Below are positions 1 through 12,553 of a stretch of DNA of 24,915 bases, piece by piece. Made by a program: the position numbers and the translations under genes. A model generated the notes under the pieces. It made no database searches. It saw only the letters and a program-made list of their open reading frames with translations, and was not told the origin of the DNA. The DNA is from Piromyces finnis finn (lineage: Eukaryota; Fungi; Neocallimastigomycota), in NCBI GenBank assembly GCA_002104945.1, contig MCFH01000145.1:1-24915 (forward strand), given 5' to 3'. Numbering within the stretch: the first letter of the stretch is position 1; each line of letters begins with the position of its first letter.

Positions 1-782
1 TAAAGAAATTATCACATTCATAGAAGATTAGAATTTATTTTAATAATTTATATATATATATATATAAGACATTCTCTAAATCCGATTAAAAGTAACAGAT
101 TATTATTGTATATAAATTAACATGTATTTTTCAATAAATTGTTCAATTTAGAACTACTTAAATTTTTAAAATTTATTTTTTAAAATGTTTTTAAAGAATA
201 TTAATCATTTATGCTTTATTATGAAACACTATTATTTTAAATAAAGAACTTTAATTGAATATTGTTTTATTATATATTAATATTTATAAAAACAATAGAA
301 TTCCATATTTTTAATATATTTATTAAGTTCATTTATAATAAAAATTTATTATTATTTTCATTGTATATTATTTATATAATATTTATATATTAATTATTAA
401 ATAATATGTATTATATATTTTATATAAAATATAATTATTATATAGAGAATTTCATATTATTTAAACAATAAAACTTAAATAATTAATTTGGATATTATAA
501 ATAATATATTATATTTAATTTATTCTTAATATTTAGACGGCATGTAATTAATTTATTTAAATTGTTACACAATTAAATTTCTTTATAATTATAATATTTA
601 TATAATAATTAAAAAATATATTTAGCGATTTCGATTTTATAAAAGATTAAAATCACATTTAAAATATTATAAAATTTATAAGTGTAGTATCATAAACATT
701 AATCCTATATATAAATAGTTTCAATATGCAAGTTTACTTTCAATTATATTAAAATTCTAAACAAATTATTAAATGTAAATTA

Positions 783-1029
783 CAAAATATAATATTTATT
801 TATATTAATATAATTAATGTATATTTTATTTTAGCCGTCAATTTATTTTAATGTACAATTCTAGAATTTATTATATAATGAAAAGTTAATATACATTAAA
901 TTATTATTTAACAATAGTTATATTATAAAAATATTAGTTTATATCATTAAATAATAGCTTTTTTTTTAAAAAAAATAATAAAAAAATATGCTTGTTAATT
1001 CAAAATTAATTGTTATATTTTATTTATAA
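783..1029 (+). pseudogene. Orphan paralogous copy of the subtilase upstream region plus a truncated signal-peptide start (MLVNSKLIVIFYL*)
   Basis: 783-1020 aligns with 3191-3420. Shared blocks include CAAAATATAA(A)TATTTATTTATATTAATATAATTAAT, TTAGCC(G/A)TCAATTTA and ATGTACAA(T/A)TCTAGAATTTATTATATAATGAAA. ATG 988 reads MLVNSKLIVI versus MLVNLKLIVI at 3391, then stops at TAA 1027-1029. Confidence 0.75.
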
Positions 1030-1866
1030 AATTTAAATTATAATTATGATAATAAGATTAATATATAAAAGCATAGAATATAAAATGTTAATAGCTTAAA
1101 AAGAGTATATTCAAATAATTTACGTTATGATATTTCTTTATTGTTAATTTTAATTTATAAATATGAATTAAATTCTATTTAATGATTTTTAATGAAAATA
1201 ATTTCAAAATATAAACTAATTTTTTGTAATAATAAAATATTATTATGTTATACAGAAATATATAAAAAATATTTAGTAAATAATGTAATAAAACTTTTTT
1301 ATTTAATTAGGTTTTTACTTTATGTTGAATTTATTAATTATATAATATTTTATTAGTATCCTATACATGATACATATATTTATAAACATTTATAATCAAA
1401 TACAATTAAATATATATAACATACTCTAGTTAAATTTAATATATAAACCATACATTTAATGTAAATATAAAATGATATAATGAGAGTGTATATATTTTTT
1501 TTCAATTTTTATATAAATAAATAATAATTAAATATTAAAAATATAACATTTTTTACAATAGACTATAATAAGTAGATATAAATAAATAAATAAATATATA
1601 CTTTTTACATTTTATTTATTAAATTATTAAATATTAAATATAATTTTAATTTTAATTTTTATTACAATTTCCATAAATAATATAGAATATAATTCAAATT
1701 TATTAAATAATTTTTTAAAATTTAAAAAATTATTTAAAATAAATTAAATTAATATATATATTGAAATATTGAAATAAAAAAATTAATGAATTATTTAATA
1801 TATATATAAATTATTTGAATTTTATTTAACTTTTTTTAATAATTTTCTACTTTAATTGTGGTTGAA

Positions 1867-1934
1867 ATTAATTATATAACAACAAATAATATAATTGTGG
1901 TTGAAATTATATTATTTGTTGTTATATAATTAAT
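1867..1934. repeat. Perfect 30-bp inverted repeat with 8-nt spacer, overlapping an 18-bp direct repeat
   Basis: 1867-1896 is the exact reverse complement of 1905-1934; the spacer is GTGGTTGA. TAATTGTGGTTGAAATTA occurs at 1853-1870 and 1892-1909. Confidence 0.9.
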
Positions 1935-2041
1935 AATAGCTTTATACTCTGTTGTTGTTAGAGTTTCAATATAATTTTTATTTTTTGTTCTATTCTATTT
2001 ATAATTTTTGTATGAATTAGGGTTTTTATATTCTTTTATTT

Positions 2042-3121
2042 TTAATATATCTGAGTAATAAAGATAATATGGTATGCAATGCCATTATTACTGGTTAACA
2101 ATTTGTTATTTTTTTTATAAACAATAATATTTGGTGAATTCTCTACTTTTTTATTTTCATAATTATTAAATGATTCCATCAATTTAAAAATATAATTAGT
2201 TTTGGAACATTTATTTATAGTTAAATAATATGATTTATTACTTCTTTCTTTACTAATATTTAAACAATAGTCAGATGAACTTCCATTATTATTTACTAAA
2301 TACATATATATAAAGGATTGTTTTCATTTTTTATTAAACAATTAATATATTTACTGAGTGATTTATTATTTCCACAATATTTTGCCTTAATTAAATTAAA
2401 ATTTTTTAATTCATTAACTCCAAAATAATAATTTTCACCCAAACATTCATTATAATATTTGCTATATTTAATTTTAGTTGTAATACTAATTTCTGTTATG
2501 GCTAATATCTCGGTAATATTTTTGTAATAAATTAAAGTTTTATTTAAACTTTCTTTAATACTAAATGGTATTGAAATAATTAAATTATTATTTTTATTGT
2601 TATATTGAATACAATTACCAAATTCAAATTGGCATCCATTATCACTGTCAGAGTATTTTTTACTTTCCCCATAATATCCATATTTACTACAACATTTATT
2701 ATAGTTACATTTAATATTACAATATTGTGCTCCACATCTTTTATCTTCTATATAATTTTCATATTCAATAGCAACGTCTGAACGATTATAATTTCCTTTA
2801 TATTCAACATTCTTATTAATAGTATAAGTATATATTTCATTAATATATTTATTATCACATTCCATTTTATAATATGAACATAAAAATTTATATTTTTGAG
2901 AATCCAATATTTTATTCAGAAGATATATTCCATTGTGGATTATTAACTGTAGTAAATTCTGAATTAGCATCCCATAATTCATAAGAGTATAAATCCCAAT
3001 TTGAATGATTTATTATACCTGGGTAATTTCCATTCTCATCTTCTATATATTCATTATATATATATGGTCAAATTAAATCTTTTAATTTATTAATATTTGG
3101 AAATAAAACCATTGGATTAAA
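2042..3121 (-). pseudogene. Decayed CotH-family C-terminus + degenerate CBM18 (hevein-like chitin-binding) domain + unassigned Cys-containing tail
   Basis: Across three frames the minus strand reads FNPMVLFPNINKLKDLI*PYIYNEYIEDENGNYPG...YELWDANSEFTTVN / KYWIL / KYKFLCSYYKMECD...YTINKNVE (~3121-2803). I recognise this from memory as the anaerobic-fungal CotH C-terminus. It is followed by RCG...KCCSKYGYYG...GCQFEFGNC (2736-2611), a CBM18 lacking two Cys. Contains stops and frameshifts. The YCLNI...LTINKC segment in ORF 2305-2042 may be a ricin-B-like remnant (weak). Confidence 0.7.
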
Positions 3122-3135
3122 TATTTTATAAATAA

Positions 3136-3186
3136 TATATTTACACCTTTTCCGTAATTTGAATTTTTATGCTTTCTATAATATTT
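3136..3186 (-). pseudogene. 17-codon fragment of a paralogous S8 subtilase in inverted orientation
   Basis: Minus strand reads KYYRKHKNSNYGKGVNI versus KYYRKAKNSNYGEFVNI at 4621-4671 of the neighbouring protease. The DNA also aligns, starting AAATATTATAGAAA in both. Confidence 0.8.
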
Positions 3187-3390
3187 AAAACAAAATATAA
3201 ATATTTATTTATATTAATATAATTAATATATAATTATATTTTAGCCATCAATTTACTTTAATGTACAAATCTAGAATTTATTATATAATGAAAGGTTTAA
3301 TTTACATTAAATTTATTATATAATAAAAGTTATAAAAATATTAGATTATAGCATAAAATAATATCTTTCCTCCTTTAAAATAATAAAGGA

Positions 3391-5232
3391 ATGCTTGTTA
3401 ATTTGAAATTAATAGTTATTAATATTGTATTAATATTATTCTACAAATTTATATTTTGTAGCAATGAAATTACCGAATATAAAGAAGACGATTATTATTT
3501 AATTTATGTTAATAATACATATTTAGGTAATAGTCATTCAAATAAGTATTTTAACAAGCAACAAGAGCATAATGAATTCATTGAGGAATTCATGAATACT
3601 CTTGATTGCTTGATAGAAAAAAAATCAAATACATATAAAAACCAAGAAAAATTAGAAAAAATATCTAAACTACACTCATTAAAAAAAAGAGAAAACAGTA
3701 TAAATATTAATGAATATTCAACTTATGGAAAGCAACTCTAGGTGAAACATCAGTATTCTTTGCTTATCTTTTTAATAATTTAGTTGACATTATAAAATCA
3801 TTTCCTTTCGTAATTAGTTGTGAAAGGAATATGGAATATCAGTCGCATTCATATTATAGCAAATCTGACATTTTATTAGAAACACGATGGAATAATATTA
3901 GTATAAAAAAGAATACAGATTTACATTTATCATTAATATCTCAAGGCATGTTTAATGAAAAATTAATAAATAAATATGATACAAACTATTATTATCCTGA
4001 ATCATCAGGAGAAGGCATTGACATTTTCATATTAGATACAAGTTTCGATTTTAGAACTAAAGATTTTTCAAATATAGAAAAACGCATTGTAAAATGTGCA
4101 ATAAACATTACAGACGGCGATAGAAAAATAACAAAATCTTCGAAATTTTGTTTTTCTTCATTAAATCAAAATAATCATGCTGTAGGAGTTGCTTCAGTAG
4201 TGGCTGGACTAAATCATGGGGTTGCTAGTTTATCCAATATATATGGGATTTTAATTAATAAAATCAATGACGTTAATATTATTGAATCTCTTAGATACAT
4301 TTTATCAATATGTAGAAATAATAAAGGTATTATTATTATGACTTTTGGAGGTAACTACGAATTAAATGGAAAACAAAGTAATTCTATTAAATATATTTAA
4401 ATATATTGAAGAATTTATTGGAAGGTTTTCAAGCAAGAGCATAATTACAGTTGTTTCCGCAGGAAATGAAGGAGTAAATGTTTATGATAAAGAAAAAAAC
4501 TTAGTAAAATATCCATGCTTCTATAAAAATGTAATTTGTGTAGGTGGGATTGATAATGTTGGTGGTGACCATAAATATGACATTTCGATGAGCGAGGCCT
4601 CTACTAATATTATGAATAATAAATATTATAGAAAAGCAAAGAACTCAAATTATGGAGAATTTGTAAATATTTATGCGCCATATTATGTTAAATATGATTA
4701 TTGTAATGTTAATAATAAATGTAGAACAATAGTCAATAGAGGTACATCCTTTTCAGTACCAATTGTAGCAGGTGTGATTGCAACAATTATGAGTGAGAAT
4801 AATGATGTAAAATTTAATTATACGACTGTTCTAAATTATTTGAATAAATTGGGTTTAAAGAATATTATTAATGGAATTAAAGAAGGACCTAATTTATTCA
4901 TTAATAATGGAAAGCATGTTGTATATTCAAAAGACTATATTTATTACGGATGTGGAATTAATTCGGGAAATCAATCTTGTGAAAACAATCAATGTTGTGG
5001 TGCAAATGGAAAATGTTATAATCATAGTAACGATTTATGCAAAACCAGCAATGGATGTCAAGTTGAGTATGGTAAATGTAATATTATAACAAGCAATTCT
5101 AAAAATAACTTGTGTGGATTTAATTATGGAAATTGCCATTCAGGATATTGTTGTTCTTATGAAGGAATTTGTGGAAAAACAAATGATCATTGTGGCGTGG
5201 GTTGTCAAAAAAACTATGGTCATTGTCTTTAA
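3391..5232 (+). pseudogene. Secreted subtilisin-like serine protease (S8) with prodomain and two C-terminal CBM18 domains; two frameshifts (pseudogene or assembly errors)
   Basis: Signal-peptide-like N-terminus. Catalytic motifs IFILDT (Asp), NHAVGVASVVAG (His), SAGNEG (oxyanion Asn) and RGTSFSVPIVAG (Ser). CBM18 repeats CGINSG..QCC..GCQVEYGKC (~4948-5079) and CGFNYG..YCCS..GCQKNYGHC (~5110-5226). The frame shifts at ~3714-3738 (the new frame reads KATLGETSVFFAYL...FPFVISCERN) and shifts back at ~4370-4400. Confidence 0.85.
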
Positions 5233-6552
5233 GTAAGCTCATTATAAAATGTTAATTATTTTTATTTATAATTTATATATGATAGTAAATTTTAAATAAA
5301 AAGATATATTTATATTAAATTTATTTTTCAAAATATATTTAATGTAGTAATTAAAAAAATTGAAATAAAGAATTTAAAATAAGATTAATAAATAAAAATA
5401 AAACTTCCAAAAAAAACATAACTGATTAAAAAATTATTTATTAATATAATTTACTGCTTTTAAAATATATAACTTGAATACTTTGTCTTTAAAATTATTT
5501 AAAAATTTTATAGCTTATTTTTATTATTTTATTTATATATAATTTTCATTTATATCATAATTCAAATTTGTAAATAGTTTAAAAAAATATTTTTTATAAT
5601 TTTAATATATTTTAATATTAAATAACTTTTTTTATTATTATTTTTAAATTTAAATATAGTATTATTTAATTATGTAAATTTTTTGAAAAATTTTTTTTAA
5701 AATAAAAAAGTATTTCACTTTTATTTTTATTTTGTTATAACTTTATATTTAACTTTACTATAAGAAAATATTCAAATGAAATGTAAAATTAAATTTAAAA
5801 ATCATTTATTAATTTCAAAACTGGAAATTATGTATATATTTTTAATTCTTTATGAGTTTTTTAACTATTTTTTAAGGTAAAGTCTAGGAATTTATATTTT
5901 TCTTTTAATGTAAATTACATCTCTAATCTTGTTTTGTGTCACGTGTATATCATTGAAATAATAAATTTATTAATTTATGTTTTCTTTACATATTATTCTT
6001 ATTTTATTCCACCTCTAAAAATATTATATTCAACTATTGAGAAGAAAAATAAAAAATGATAGTAGAAAAACTATATATATTAAGATCTCGAAATAAAAAT
6101 AATATGTTTATTACTATATTTTTATCAATTTAAATAAAGTATTATTCAATAAAAACCAATAATATTCCTAAATATTTAAAATTGTATACTAATTTTTAGC
6201 TATCTTTTTTTTTTTTTCATTTTTTTATTTAATTATTCAATCATTAAAAAAATTAGATCAAAATGTTTTTTAATATTTGAACGTTAACATGAATAAAAAA
6301 CTTCATTTTATTACTTTTTTATTATATTTTTATTTTAAAAAATAATTATCATACGGATTTATTAATATAAAATAAAATATATATCATTTTTTTTTTTTGA
6401 ATTATTTATTTTTAAGATATCCTTTTAATATAATCAACAAATCACTTAAAACATTTATAAAATCTGTTTTTAATTGCTATGAATAATAAATTGATCTTTC
6501 TATTATCTCTCCTAAATTTTTTAATTTTTTTAAAATATATTTTAAATTTATT

Positions 6553-6595
6553 TATTTATTTAGTTAGTTAGTTAGTTAGTTACTTATTTATTTGA
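6553..6595. repeat. Compound microsatellite (TTTA)n(GTTA)n
   Basis: Read directly: tttatttatttattt agttagttagttagttagtta cttatttattt. Confidence 0.8.
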
Positions 6596-9500
6596 AATGA
6601 ATATACAATATACAATACAAATACTAGGAAGATAATATACTTCTTGCATTTATTATTTAATTTGTGATTTTACATTAAGTAATAATACACATTAATATAA
6701 TAAATATTAAATAAAAATAATAAAGTATATATATAAATATAAAAATAAAAATTTAAAATAATATTGCATAAAAGTTCAATTAATTCTTTAAATTTTACTA
6801 TGTGGAAATGGACTCTACCTAATAAACTAATTGAAATAAAAAAAGAGAATATCAGGTATTATAGTATGGTATCCATTAAACTCTCTTATGAGTTCTTTAG
6901 GCTTTCATTCGAAGAAATATTAATATTGGAAAGACTTCGGCGCTCTTGATTATGTTAGGTTTCTTACTAAACTTATCAAAAAGTAGTTTCATTGGTCTAT
7001 TAATGATAAGAATTGTTTTAGTAGAAAAAACTGCGAAACTCTCTACATATGAAACATGAAACCCCGATGAACTGTAAAGCTGTTCACTTAAATATCTTTG
7101 TTCCACCTTATTGATTTATAGTATATCATAAGCGAAAGTTCCACCAAGAAGGAACGAAGGAACGTAATCAATAATATAATACATAACCTAATAAGAAATT
7201 CAAACAATGAATTTAAAATTTTTAACTCTTAATAAGTGACTGAAAATAATTTAGTATATAAATATTTCATTTGATTTCCTTCTTCTTCTTGATATATTTA
7301 TTATTAAAATATTTTGCTAAAAAAAATAAAAAATCTTTAAATAATTATACAAAAGCATATTAATATTATGTATATTATGTAAGTTAATATTTAATAAATT
7401 ATAAAAAATATATTAAAATATAATGATTATTATGGATATTAAAAAATAAGAGACATTATTTTTGTAATAGTTAAATATTTTGATTTGCCCTATTCATAAT
7501 ATATGTAAAATAATTTGGGAAAAAATAATTATCTAAATTAGCAACTTTAACATCTAATTTTTATTTTTTTTTTTATTTTCAATAGCATGTAAATCGTATA
7601 TATTAAAGCCATGAAACTTAAATGTAATTTAATAAAAATTTTTGTTTTTTCATACTTAATTATTATAATAAAATTTGTTTTAAATGTCATGATAAATGAT
7701 TATAATTTAAAATTAATTTGTATATATTAATAATAAAAAAAGTGTTAATATATTGTATAATGAAACATTTTCTATTTCTTATTTTCAAAATTATTATTAT
7801 CATCATTTATCTTGACCTTAGCCATCTCTTTTTATTATTTCTTTAACATTAACTATTTTGTCTCTTTAAATTTTCTGAATATTGACCATTTTTTAAATAA
7901 AATATATAGAATTGATATCATAACTTTAATTAATACTATTACTTTTAACATTATTGCTTATTACTATTATTATTATCTTTAATATTATTATTACTTATAT
8001 TTATATTTTTATTTCTATTGTTATTATTATCATTGTCATAACTATTATCGCTTCTGCAATTATTGATAAAATTATTTAAGCAGATTTTATAATAATAATT
8101 GAATCTTGATCTTAAGATTGTATTTCGTAATATGGATATAACTTAATATTCCATTAACCTATATTCAACACTATAAATAACAATTTTCAAATAAAGATAA
8201 TAAACCAAATAAATTAAATCAATTATTTTGATTACTTTAACTTAGCACCCTTAGTAATAGACGATAGTAAACAATGGATGAATATATCACAATTTAATTA
8301 AAGCTTTAGTTTCTCAAGTATTCATTTACATAATAATATTAATCTTTTATTGATTTCATTTTGTATCCTTTCTAATAAAAGTATTAATCACACTAAATAA
8401 TTTATATTGTTTTAAATTTTATTATTATAATCATTATTATTGTTGTTGTTGTTGTTGAAAATGATATTCAATTTATTTTATTGTTTATCTTCCAAATTTT
8501 ATAATGTAATTGAATAAGTAAATGATAAAACAATTCGAATTTTTCTGCCTTTTTTTTAAAAAAAAATATTGTAATATCTATTCTGCAATATTTTATATTT
8601 TGATGATAATGATGAAATATACAAATTTTTTAAATAGAATATAAATATGAAATTTATATAACTATGTAAACTTTTACAATTAATCGTATTCTATTAATAA
8701 AATCCTTTTGAATAATCCTATGTTTATTTCTATTTTAGTCAAGTAATGGAATATAATGTGATGCTCTGTTAATTATTTATAAATCACTTACTAATTTTTT
8801 AAAAATAAATAAACTGAAACGGATCCTTCTAAAATTTTGTTATTTAGAAATTTAATAACTGATTATTTCCTTCTAAATGTTACATTTATATCAGTATAAT
8901 AGAAGAAATCGGATTAAGTTTTGTAGGAAAATAGAATATTGAATCTTTCATGTTATTAGAATCATTTGATAAAATTCTTTATATATATGTTCCAAGTAAT
9001 TATCTTTTTCATCAATTATTTCAAGAATCTTTTTGACATTATTAACTATATTTTCTACAAAGGTTCTACCATAATAATGTATATATCCTAAAATAATTCC
9101 AAATCTTATTATTTTTAAAAATGTGTTAATCTGATTTTTATAATTTACTTTAAAATGATTTCCAACTTTTTCAAAACAATAAATATAAATGCTTATAAAA
9201 ACAAGAAATATTAACTTACTCAAAAAAAGCCACAAAATAATTTTATTGTTATTTATATTTTTTCATTTTGAAATTGATAACAATATAATATAACCCATTT
9301 ATACATTGACGATACATAAATTAATTATTACATTTGGAATTTAAAAAAGATCTATTTTTGATTAAAAGAATTACAATTGTTTAGCTGGAATTTTTTTTTA
9401 TTATTATTAAATTTTTCTTATTTTAATATATTATAAATACCACAATTTTTAAAATGTATATATTTATATAATAAAAAATAAAATATTTAAATCTTTATAC

Positions 9501-10106
9501 ATAATATTTAAATATATAATATACATTAAATGCATAAGAATATATTATATACATTATGTTGTATGTATTTTATATGCCACAATATAAGAATATAGAATTA
9601 TAAAATTAAATAATTCTTAGTAACTATTTTATTGGAATTTGTAAAATAAATTGAAAAGTATTTTATTACATTAATTATATAAGCCACAATATAAATATAT
9701 GTATTGATTTTAAAGAACAGTAAAGTATTTATATAGTATTTCTTTATCATAAAATATTAATGAAGTTGACTTGATATAAAACTATAAATCCTTATTAAAG
9801 GATTTTTTTACTATATTTAATTATTAAAGATGTCATAATTATAAAATCAAATTTATTGAGTTTTAATAAATAAAATAAAAAATAATTGAATTTAGGCCTT
9901 TATATTTAGATTAAGTATATTTTAAATGGTTTATTAAACATCAAAACCTGCTATATTTCTTCATTTAAAATATATATATTAGTTAATAATATTATTGAAA
10001 TAAAATTATTAAAATATCTTTTATTCATTTATAATACTTTCATTTAACTATTTTCATTATAAAACTGTTATAGTATTTTTAAAATTGTAATATATTTTAT
10101 AAGTAT

Positions 10107-10315
10107 ATTTTTTATTGAAATTGAAATTAATATTTTAAAATTATAAAGGTCTTGTAATTATAATATTTAATATTTAATTGAATTTTGTAATGTTTTAAAT
10201 ATTAAATATATTTATTTTTTATTGAAATTGAATTAATATTTTAAATTATAAGGTCTTGTAATTATAATATTTAATATTTAATTGAATTTTGTAATGTTTT
10301 AAATATTAAATATAT
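10107..10315. repeat. ~105-bp tandem duplication (2 copies)
   Basis: 10107-10211 versus 10214-10315 are identical except for three single-A differences in A-runs. Confidence 0.9.
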
Positions 10316-12553
10316 ATTATTATTAATCATATAATATACAAAAATTTAATATAATTTAGTCTTTAAATAATAATACACAATGGAATAGACGTTAGAATTA
10401 TCTAAATTTTTTTAAGAATTCACTATAGTTTACTAGTGTAATTGTAGGTTATTTTTATAATAATCTTAATATAGAATAAATGATTGTAAAAATATTTTCT
10501 AAGAATAATAAAAACTTATCTTAAGGATTAGTTTATTCAAAAATAAAATTTTGTGATTCTTAACCTTTTCCATTATTACATATTTTTTGTATTGATTCTT
10601 TTACATTAATATATTATACTTTGTACATTTTATTAGAAATTAATATATGATTTACATATAAATTCTAAAAATATTTTAGAAAAACAATTAATAATGTATA
10701 ATATATAAAAACTAGTAATTAATAATTCAAATTAAATCTCAAAATTTTTGTAAATGCAAAATCATCTAAATATATTACTTGATTGAATACAATACTTCTT
10801 TTGAAATAAGATTTTAATCTTAATGAAAATAAAATTTCAATAAGACAGTTTAAGTCTCTACACTTTAAAAATTTAAATTCAGTTTTTTAAATTTAAATGT
10901 TAAAATCCAGAAAAATAGACAAAATATTTTAAATTTAGAAAAAAGTAATTTAAATTTATAATTCGAAAATAAATAATGAAATTTTAATTTAAAATTTAAA
11001 TTACTTCATCTTTATAGGTATTATTAATAACAGGTAATATAAATAGTAGTCTATATAAATTACTTTGTAAAAAAAAAACTTAATATATAAATTTTATTAT
11101 TAAATATTATTTTTCTTCTGTTATTAGATGATAATGGAAAATAGGACAAGCGGAAAAGAAACAGTTTATTACAGAAATGATTATGTTAGATAACATTTAT
11201 GATATACTAGTAGAGATAGAAATTCTCATAAAAAGAAAAAATTACAAATATTCTTAAAAATAATGAATTAACAACTGTGATAGGTTCAAGAATGAGGTTT
11301 AACCATAAGAAGTTATAAATTCAATATTGATAATATCTTTTCCCCTTCTTTTTGGTCCATAATGAGTAGACATTGAGTAAAATATTAAAATTTTAAAGTT
11401 ATTATAAAGAATATAAAAACTTATTATTAATAATTAGAATATAATTTATTTACATACTTATGAAGCAGTAACATAAAATACAAAAGAAAATCAAAATGAA
11501 ACATAAACTGAAATAATAACTTAATCTTTTACATTAATTGAAAGTAAAAATATCATAAGTTATTATAAAATAAATACCTATTAGCAGTTATTTTACTATA
11601 AAGCAAATATTTAAAAGATAAATCATGATAATAGTAAATACTTAAATAAAAGTATATAGCATAAAGTTGTATGAATAATCAATAGTTAAATAAGATGATG
11701 TAAAATTAAACATAAATCTATGAAATGTTAATTTTAAAAAAAAAAAATTTAAAAAAAAAAAATAATAGGATAGTAATATTAAAGATAATATAGTCGAAAT
11801 CTTACAATATAAAAAAAAATAATTAAAAAAAAAAATATATATATAAAAATATAAATTAGAATAGAAATTAATATCTAAAATAGTTAGTATAAAAAAATAA
11901 TAATATTCAAAATAAACAAAATATTAGCAATGATTAGGTTTAAGGGAAGATATTAGAATAGATTGAAAAAAAATAACAATGTATTAATAATTAGAAATAT
12001 ATTAGTAATTTATTTGTTTTAAGAATCTTCATAAACAATAGCTTTTAGCAATATAATTAGCTATATTTTATAGTATAAATTTATTCAGATATTTCCATTA
12101 AATCAATGTTATAAATATATTTATAATCATTGATGCAATTTCTTCTATTTATTAATATTAATAAAGTTTACAAATATAAAACCATATTTAAAGATTTCTA
12201 ACATTAATAATAAAAAAATTTAATTACTGAATTTGACTATAATTAATAATTTTATCATATAATTAAAATTTTATATTTTATAAATTGCTATTAAAAAGTA
12301 TTAAAATATTTCTATATAGCGATAATTAGAATGTATAACTGATATAATTGAGTGTAAAAATGAAATTTTTTTATATTAACAATCTCAAAATTGAATTAAT
12401 TCTATGTATTATTTATTAACTTATTATGTTATTGATCAACAATTGTTAATGTTTAAAAAATTTGAAGCAACAACTAAGATGAAGAAATAGTGCAACAGAC
12501 CAATATGACTAGGATGTAACGTATAAAGGTTTTGAACCTTTTTCAAGAAATTA

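Noticed and set aside
7780-9300. Possible decayed minus-strand membrane or secreted protein gene, including ORF 8948-9235 with a signal-peptide-like start
   Set aside because: No ATG start, many stops, and no motif I can assign. Hydrophobic and Asn-rich peptides arise readily from AT-rich DNA.
10380-12514. Coding-like patches left of Gypsy-1, and similar ones at 20539-21690
   Set aside because: May be one ancient pseudogene split by the element, but there is no ORF in the supplied track and no recognisable motif.
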